From: an uncultured Gammaproteobacteria bacterium
GTDB taxonomy: Bacteria > Pseudomonadota > Gammaproteobacteria > Chromatiales > Chromatiaceae
Direction of reading: 5' to 3'
Assembly (NCBI GenBank): GCA_964628835.1
Contig: CAZVME010000006.1
Span: 3,580-67,579, forward strand
Length of the DNA: 64,000 nucleotides
The stretch's first letter is position 1. Every line of letters begins with the position of its first letter. Below the pieces are notes generated by a model. That model made no database searches and was not told the DNA's origin. It saw nothing but the letters and a program-made list of their open reading frames with translations. The translations under genes were made by a program, and so were the position numbers. Shown here piece after piece: positions 58,027-64,000 of this stretch.

Positions 58027-58502
58027 TACTGGTATCTGGCTCCGCGCTGTTTGAAACGTTTGCCGCTGAACAGGACCTTGTGGGGAATATCACCCAGACC
58101 CTCTTCCTGGACCATGGTTTTGATAAAGTTGAGGACTCGCTCACGTTCCTGGCCGTGGATCATGCAGAACAGGTTATAGGGCCAGTCCGGCAGACGTCTG
58201 GGGCGTTGGTAACACAGGGTTACACAAGGCTTGGAGCCGATCTTTTCGCCCACTTCCTCAATCTGTTCCTCCGGTACGTTCCACACCACCATGGCGTTGG
58301 CGGTATAGCCTAATTCGTGGTGACGTACGACAATCCCCAGGCGTTTGATCACCCCGGTCTCCTGCATGGATGAGATACGGTCTATAACTTCCTGCTCACT
58401 GATACCGATGCGACTGGCAACTTCGGCATAGGGGTGACTGACCAGTGGCAGCCCGCCCTGGATCTCGGATATCAGCCGGGCATCTATCTCGCTCAGCACC
58501 AT
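58026..58502 (-). CDS. nirL: Siroheme decarboxylase subunit, NirL by position
   Basis: Same family. It overlaps nirD by 10 nt. Confidence 0.6.
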   Translation of the reverse strand: MVLSEIDARLISEIQGGLPLVSHPYAEVASRIGISEQEVIDRISSMQETGVIKRLGIVVRHHELGYTANAMVVWNVPEEQIEEVGEKIGSKPCVTLCYQRPRRLPDWPYNLFCMIHGQERERVLNFIKTMVQEEGLGDIPHKVLFSGKRFKQRGARYQ

Positions 58503-58993
58503 AGCGGGAATCCCAGGTCGATATGAAACTGTCTCTCCAGTGGCAGATATAGGATGTTGTAGCCGGTCTGCTGTTCCATGTTAGCCAGTACCTGCTCCAG
58601 TCTTTCCTGACTGGAGGCGGTTACTACAAACCACAGATTGTATCTGTCTTCCCGTTCATAGTTATGGTTTACCTCGGGGTGGCTGCTAATCTGCTGTGCC
58701 ACCGACTCCAACTGGTCTTCGGGGATAGACATGGCGGCCAGGGTGCTGGCGCCGATTTTGTTGGGTTTGAATACCGGCCCCACCCTACTGATGATTCCCA
58801 GGCCCTGTAGTCGCTGCAGAATCTGTAGCACCAGGGCTTCGCTGATTCCCAGGTTCTGGGCTATATCAGCAAATGGGGTAGGGGAGATTGGCAGGTCTTT
58901 CTGATACTCATTCAGCAGTTTTTTCTCGACATCATTCAAGCACAGAGTATCGTTCTGTGGTTGCTGATTATTCACTGTTGCCGAAGTGGTCAT
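58493..58993 (-). CDS. nirD: Siroheme decarboxylase subunit, NirD by position
   Basis: The start is taken at MTTSATV, 1 nt after the nirF TAA. The longer ORF overlaps nirF. Confidence 0.6.
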   Translation of the reverse strand: MTTSATVNNQQPQNDTLCLNDVEKKLLNEYQKDLPISPTPFADIAQNLGISEALVLQILQRLQGLGIISRVGPVFKPNKIGASTLAAMSIPEDQLESVAQQISSHPEVNHNYEREDRYNLWFVVTASSQERLEQVLANMEQQTGYNILYLPLERQFHIDLGFPLWC

Positions 58994-58994
58994 G

Positions 58995-60191
58995 TTACAG
59001 CCCGGTCCGATGCGCTCTGTTGGTAAAGAAGATTCCGCTCGGCTTCTTAACCGATAACTTGTGAGTGAGTTGCATGGTCTTAGTATCAAACACATGTACC
59101 TCGTCCCGGTCCCGGATTGAGATCCACACCTCTTCGCCACGGGGTGAGAACTCCATATGCAGTGCGCCTTTGCCTGGGGTCAGGGTTTTTATAATCTGTT
59201 TGCTCTCGGTGTCTATGACCTGGATGGTATCGTTGTTGGGAAAGGCAAAGTTCACCCATACCTGGCGGCCATCCGGTCGCGCCATCACAAATACCGGCTG
59301 TCCATGCACCTTAATACGTCCAGTCTCTTTCCAGGTGCCACGTTGCGCCACCAGCACCTGATGTTGCCCCATGGCGGGCAGGAAGGCCTCGTTTCCGGCC
59401 ATGGCCCAGCCCTCTAGATGCGGCATCTTGTAGACCGGCATTTTTTTGCCGCCGCGACCGTAATTTTCCAGGATCTTGTGTGCCCCTTTTTCCGGATGCC
59501 AAAGATCAAGCAGGGCCAGACCGTCCTCTCCGAATAGTCCGGCGATATAATAACGGCCGTCTGAGCTGACCAGGGCGTCGTATGGCTGTAACCCGATGTT
59601 CCGATATTTCTTGATCTCAGGTTTGGCTGGATCACTCATGTTCACCAACCAGATCTCACCAGTGTCGTATAGGCTGAACACAAAACGCTGCCCAGGGGCA
59701 TCCACCAGACCAACAGTCTTGGCGCCTTTATCTTTGGTCACCTGGGTGGCTGGAATGTCTGCCACCAGTGATAGATCAGTGGCGGAGAAGATCTTGACTC
59801 CGCCTGGTTCATAGTTGGAGACGGCAATAAGAGTTCCGTCTTGAGAGATTGCTCCACCGATACTGTTACCGCCCTGAATCACCCGTTTGACGATCTTGCC
59901 GCAGAGGATGTCCACCTTGGTGAGTCCACCATCACGCCCGAACACATAGGCGTAGCGGGCATCTCTGGAGTAGACGGCAGAGGCATGGGAGAGGTCACCC
60001 AGTCCATCCACCTGGAACAGGACGCTATGGGCGGAGCTGTCCACCACCTTGAGGCTACCGCTGGCGCGCTCAACGATTATCCCCATATCACCGGTGCCAC
60101 GGGTGAGGCACCCGGTATCTGTATCCTTGGCGATAACATTCGCTGTGCCAAAGAAGGTGAGGGCAAGAATGATCCTTAACGTTGTTCTCAT
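58995..60191 (-). CDS. nirF: Heme d1 biosynthesis/insertion protein NirF (d1-type propeller)
   Basis: NirS-like propeller without a cytochrome c domain. The start MRTTLRI overlaps the nirC stop (ATGA). Confidence 0.8.
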   Translation of the reverse strand: MRTTLRIILALTFFGTANVIAKDTDTGCLTRGTGDMGIIVERASGSLKVVDSSAHSVLFQVDGLGDLSHASAVYSRDARYAYVFGRDGGLTKVDILCGKIVKRVIQGGNSIGGAISQDGTLIAVSNYEPGGVKIFSATDLSLVADIPATQVTKDKGAKTVGLVDAPGQRFVFSLYDTGEIWLVNMSDPAKPEIKKYRNIGLQPYDALVSSDGRYYIAGLFGEDGLALLDLWHPEKGAHKILENYGRGGKKMPVYKMPHLEGWAMAGNEAFLPAMGQHQVLVAQRGTWKETGRIKVHGQPVFVMARPDGRQVWVNFAFPNNDTIQVIDTESKQIIKTLTPGKGALHMEFSPRGEEVWISIRDRDEVHVFDTKTMQLTHKLSVKKPSGIFFTNRAHRTGL

Positions 60192-60505
60192 GGTGTGATT
60201 CCACTCTTCAGATGTTTGGCTAGCCACAGGGCCTCCTGTGGGCTTATGAACGGTTTCCATGGGGGCATGGGGGTGCCGGGACGTCCGCTGAGGATGGTGA
60301 TAGCGAGCTGCTCTGCTGTCCAGCGCTTTAGCGGTTCTGGTTTCAGGGCCGGGCCAAGTCCTCCTTCCAGACGCATACCGTGACAGGAGCCGCAGTCATG
60401 TTTTAACAGGTACATGAGCTCGGTCTGTCGATCCTGGTGGATTTCTGCGATAGCGGCGGTGCTGCTGGTCATGGTAACGAGCGCGACCAGTATGGCTTTC
60501 AACAT
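60188..60505 (-). CDS. nirC: Monohaem cytochrome c55X, NirC type
   Basis: Signal peptide and CGSCHGMRLEGGLGPAL, the same block as the NirN N-domain. Confidence 0.7.
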   Translation of the reverse strand: MLKAILVALVTMTSSTAAIAEIHQDRQTELMYLLKHDCGSCHGMRLEGGLGPALKPEPLKRWTAEQLAITILSGRPGTPMPPWKPFISPQEALWLAKHLKSGITP

Positions 60506-60617
60506 GTCTCGATCTCTAACTTGCGGATTGAAATGGCATTATCCGTTGTTTTGACGGCTGGAGCCAGCCCCAGATTCCATTTTTAGCTGGCCGGCGTGCC
60601 CGTGGTTGATCTGGACT

Positions 60618-60651
60618 AAAAAGAGGCGCAAAGCAGATGCCTTGCGCCTCT
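60618..60651 (-). terminator. Rho-independent terminator after the nirT::nirB gene
   Basis: Minus strand reads agaggcgcaagg-catctg-ctttgcgcctct followed by TTTTT. Confidence 0.7.
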
Positions 60652-60697
60652 AACGCTTCACCAAGGTGGTATTGCCTGGCTCAGTCTGATCTCTGCC

Positions 60698-62536
60698 TTA
60701 CTGCTTGGTGGCGTTGATCTCGATCCCTTCTTCTTCCTTGTCGAATGCCAGCTTGTATCCCAGAGATACGTGATGGAACCGACCGTTGGTGTAATCATCA
60801 TGGATGGCAAAGCCGATGTTATAGACCTTGTCCAGTTCCAGAGTCAGATCACCTGGCTTGTCAGATTTGAGCTTGCGGCTCATCTCCACAACCCAGTTGG
60901 TCCCCTCTTTATTGGCATTTACGCTAAAGCCCTGGCCACCACTCATGATGCGCTGATCCATGATGTGACCGTCTTCAGCAACCTTGTTGCCGGACTTGTA
61001 GCGCAGCAGATCCATGAAGTGCTTGGCGTCCATTTCTGCTTTCAGTTCGCCATCTTCCTTTAGCTTGTTCCAGCCGCCCCTCTTTTTGCCGCGGCGTCCC
61101 TTGACCTCGATCTTGGTACGGCTCTCTTTCAAGTACTTGGTAATGCCGTTGGTCAGGTCGATACGCTTGGCTACATCGCTAGCCTTGACGGCATCGGCCT
61201 CAGGTTGGTGTGGCATCTTGTCGGCGTCGTGGTGACAGGTGCCCCAGCAACCGGCGCGATCAGCAAACTCAACCTCATCGGTGGCCAGCATGACGGCAAT
61301 CTTCATCGGGTTTTCCGGGTCCATCTTGCCGCCGTCAACAAAGGGTACTGGTACATGAGCGGTATCTTCCCACTCAAAGCGCAAGAACAGATTCTCACCA
61401 TTGTGCGATGCTTGTACCTTTACCGGGATGCTGCCGCGTTTGTCTGGCATCGGAGTGGCCTCGGCCTTCTCGCCGGTTACCATCTTCTTGCCCATGTCGG
61501 CAGTTTCTTTATCGTGGCAGGTTACGCAACGGTCGCCGCCCTTGACGAAGGGGCGGGCGCCACCATGATCCTTGCCGGTTATCATCCACTCAATGGAAGT
61601 TTGACCAGGATAGAAGATGGTTACCTCGCGCTCCGGGACATTCCCCCAGTTGGCACCAAGATCGCCAGCACTGGATGTGGCTGCGGCCGGTGCAGCGGAA
61701 CTGTCTTTGCCTGCTGCGGCCAGGGCCGCTGCAACTGCTTTGTCGATCCGTTCCTGAATGGCCTTGTTCGCTGCGGCTTTTGCCGTCTTGGCTTTGGTCT
61801 TGGCTTCCTGCGCCTTTCTCTTCTGTTCCGCTTCAGCCAAGGTGACACGTTTCAGGCCATCGGTGAAGCTTTTTGGCAGTTTGCGCACGTTGTGGGGATC
61901 TGGGGCCTCCAGGGCCTCTAGTTCTTCCTCAGGGAGCAGCTTTCTTACATCCTTGTGTGCAATGCCTTTATGACAATCGATACAGGTGTTGCCAGCGCGC
62001 ATGCCATTGGTGTGCTGGTTGCGTGCCCTTGGTTTCTGTTTCTCTGGATCCATGGTCTCGAAGTCGTGACAGTTGCGGCATTCGCGTGAGTCTGTCGCCT
62101 TCATGGCGCGCCATACGTTAGAAGCAAGCTGGAGGCGCTTTGCATCAAACTTTTCTGGAGTGCTGATGGTGCCTAGGATCTTATGATAGACCTCATTACT
62201 GGCCTGTATCTTACGCACAAACTTGTAGATCCACGGCTTGGGTACATGGCAGTCTGGACAGCCTGCACGCACACCACTTCGGTTGGAGTCATGGATGGTC
62301 CCCACGTACTCTTTATAAACATTCTCTTCCATCTCGTGGCAAGAGATACAAAATTCGGTAGTGTTTGTCAGCTCCATTACGGTATTAAAACCGCCCCATA
62401 CAATGATGCCAGTAAACATTGCTAGTGCTACCAGTATCCACCAGCGTCGGCCAAGCATTTTCTTGGCCTCTTCGCAGCACTCAACAAAACCATCTTTTTT
62501 ATCTTCACAACATTCAACGGTGTTATCTTTACTCAT
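60698..62536 (-). CDS. Fusion of a NirT/NapC-type tetrahaem cytochrome with a cytochrome c-552 (NirB / EB_dh-like) domain
   Basis: The N-terminal part has a TM plus CISCH, CPDCH, CRNCH, CIDCH. An Ala/Lys-rich linker follows. The C-terminal ~330 aa carry CVTCH and CWGTCH (CxxxCH). Confidence 0.7.
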   Translation of the reverse strand: MSKDNTVECCEDKKDGFVECCEEAKKMLGRRWWILVALAMFTGIIVWGGFNTVMELTNTTEFCISCHEMEENVYKEYVGTIHDSNRSGVRAGCPDCHVPKPWIYKFVRKIQASNEVYHKILGTISTPEKFDAKRLQLASNVWRAMKATDSRECRNCHDFETMDPEKQKPRARNQHTNGMRAGNTCIDCHKGIAHKDVRKLLPEEELEALEAPDPHNVRKLPKSFTDGLKRVTLAEAEQKRKAQEAKTKAKTAKAAANKAIQERIDKAVAAALAAAGKDSSAAPAAATSSAGDLGANWGNVPEREVTIFYPGQTSIEWMITGKDHGGARPFVKGGDRCVTCHDKETADMGKKMVTGEKAEATPMPDKRGSIPVKVQASHNGENLFLRFEWEDTAHVPVPFVDGGKMDPENPMKIAVMLATDEVEFADRAGCWGTCHHDADKMPHQPEADAVKASDVAKRIDLTNGITKYLKESRTKIEVKGRRGKKRGGWNKLKEDGELKAEMDAKHFMDLLRYKSGNKVAEDGHIMDQRIMSGGQGFSVNANKEGTNWVVEMSRKLKSDKPGDLTLELDKVYNIGFAIHDDYTNGRFHHVSLGYKLAFDKEEEGIEINATKQ

Positions 62537-62643
62537 GGCAGTCCCCTTGCTTCAACAGCGACATTACTGGCCGTGAAACGAGCCCTCTGGATGAGGGTTT
62601 TTTGAAAACCGGTCAACCAGGTTGACATCAATATTTCAGATGC

Positions 62644-62681
62644 AAAAAAGCGGGCACGAATGGTTTACATCCATGCCCGCT
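62644..62681 (-). terminator. Hairpin plus T-run after nirS
   Basis: Minus strand reads agcgggca-tggatgtaaaccattc-gtgcccgct followed by TTTTTG. Confidence 0.55.
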
Positions 62682-62697
62682 CATATTACCTACTCAA

Positions 62698-64000
62698 TCA
62701 GGTTACGTGATTGGTACGGTTGGTAACGTTGAACTTACCAGTAGGTGTGGTCAAGCCCTTGATACGCTTTTTCTCTTTGAGAGTTTTGGCATCATAGACA
62801 ACGATCTCACCAGTTGGGTTCTTGTTGTCCTTACGGTTCCAAACTGATACCCAAGCTTCTGAGCCGTCAGCATTGAACTCGATATGAACAGCAGCTTTAC
62901 CAGCTTCCTTGGTGACGCGGATAGTCTTAACGATCTGACCGGTCTTCTTGGAAAGAACCTGTACGCTCTGTTGTACTTCAGGCTCAGGACTCTTGGTCTG
63001 GTCAGCCCAGACGTAGTCTGATGTAGGATGGGTACGGATGAAAACGCCGGAGCCGTCGAGCTCGGTTGTCTTACATACCTTCCAGGCCTTGTCAGCATGG
63101 CCCTTGGGATCATTACCCCAAGAGGTGACCAGGCCTTCTCCCAGGAATACAGTACCGCCCACAGGACCACAATCAGGGTCTACCCAGTTGGCGCCAGGAC
63201 CAGGATGAGGCTTCTTGCCTACATCGATCAGCTTAGTCAGCTTACGGGTCTTGGTATCAACAACAACCATCTTGTTGGAAGCGTTGGCTGCGATCTGGAA
63301 GTAACGACCGGTAGGATCGAAGAAACCGTCATGCAGGAACTTGGCGGTATCCATCTTGTCGATGCGCAGGTTATCGATATCTGAGTAATCCACCTGCCAC
63401 ATCTGTCCCAGCTCTTTGGCAGCAACTAGCCAGCTGGACTCGTTTGGAGTGGTGTAGATAGCAGCAACACGAGACTCGTTCACATAGTTACCGTCAACGT
63501 TTACGCCGCGGGTTGAAACAACCTTCAGAGGCATCATGGACTTGGCGTCGATGATTACGAAGTGTGGAGGCCAGTAGCCACCACCGATTACGTATTTACC
63601 GTCGCCGGATACAGCTACGTCACGTGCGTCATAGGCGATCTGGGTCTCAGCAAGCAACATCTTGTCTGGGGTCTGGAACAGGTCGATTTTCATGACCTTG
63701 CCATCACGACCGATGGAGTACCAGAAACGACCAGCAGCTACACCACCTTCTGGGTGCTCTGTAGCGTGATGCTCGGTAGCCTTGATTACGTGTACTGCAT
63801 AACCGGAGTCGAGGTGAGCAATAACTTCGTGCTTGTCGCCATCAATAATGGCAACCTTGCCGGCGTCACGCTCAATAACAACAAAGAAGTTCTTCCAGTT
63901 ACGGCCATGCATAGGCTTGGAAGGGTAGTCCTTAGGCTGAATGTAAACCTTGGTGCGATCCTGCATCTGCTTCAGTGACATTTCTGGTGGAATAGGAGCT
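62698..64000 (-). CDS. nirS: Cytochrome cd1 nitrite reductase; the d1 propeller is present and the N-terminal cytochrome c domain lies outside the window
   Basis: The frame stays open to the window edge (..APIPPEMSLKQ..). The body is a typical NirS propeller (FVVIERDAGKVAIIDGD..., HPGPGANW, GKFNV.N). Confidence 0.9.
   Translation of the reverse strand, partial: APIPPEMSLKQMQDRTKVYIQPKDYPSKPMHGRNWKNFFVVIERDAGKVAIIDGDKHEVIAHLDSGYAVHVIKATEHHATEHPEGGVAAGRFWYSIGRDGKVMKIDLFQTPDKMLLAETQIAYDARDVAVSGDGKYVIGGGYWPPHFVIIDAKSMMPLKVVSTRGVNVDGNYVNESRVAAIYTTPNESSWLVAAKELGQMWQVDYSDIDNLRIDKMDTAKFLHDGFFDPTGRYFQIAANASNKMVVVDTKTRKLTKLIDVGKKPHPGPGANWVDPDCGPVGGTVFLGEGLVTSWGNDPKGHADKAWKVCKTTELDGSGVFIRTHPTSDYVWADQTKSPEPEVQQSVQVLSKKTGQIVKTIRVTKEAGKAAVHIEFNADGSEAWVSVWNRKDNKNPTGEIVVYDAKTLKEKKRIKGLTTPTGKFNVTNRTNHVT

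Noticed and set aside
61205-61921. 238-aa plus-strand ORF
   Set aside because: It is antisense to the nirT::nirB fusion gene, which carries six haem-binding motifs in the other strand's frame.

Overview
The window looks like a chromosomal segment from a gammaproteobacterium-like sulfur-oxidising denitrifier; that assignment is inferred from gene content only. The conserved backbone carries putA, nfo, ycbB/DUF882, valS and mfd. A large anaerobic-respiration block follows: narXL, napFDAGHBC, moaA, and a cd1 nitrite reductase / heme d1 cluster in the order nirS, nirT::nirB fusion, nirC-F-D-L-G-H-J-N. nirS runs off the right edge. Accessory material sits between these blocks:
- a TtrSR-like two-component pair divergent from a TsdA-type dihaem thiosulfate dehydrogenase;
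- an intact IS256-family IS and a second, degraded one;
- a TetR-controlled DsrE/TusA sulfur-relay cluster;
- a DUF411/DUF4399/cytochrome c copper-type cluster;
- a 317-bp MITE-like element and a ~195-bp dispersed repeat.

The most interesting region is a visibly AT-rich ~6.5-kb island at about 30.05-36.54 kb. Every ORF there is on the minus strand, and the ORFs are separated by attC-like imperfect palindromes. I read it as an integron-type cassette array with no integrase in the window. Two of its cassettes encode a nucleotidyl-cyclase-like protein and a PD-(D/E)xK-like protein, which are candidate compact defence or signalling modules. I recognised no rRNA, tRNA or CRISPR array. All functional calls rest on motif recognition by eye in the supplied translations; no searches were run.
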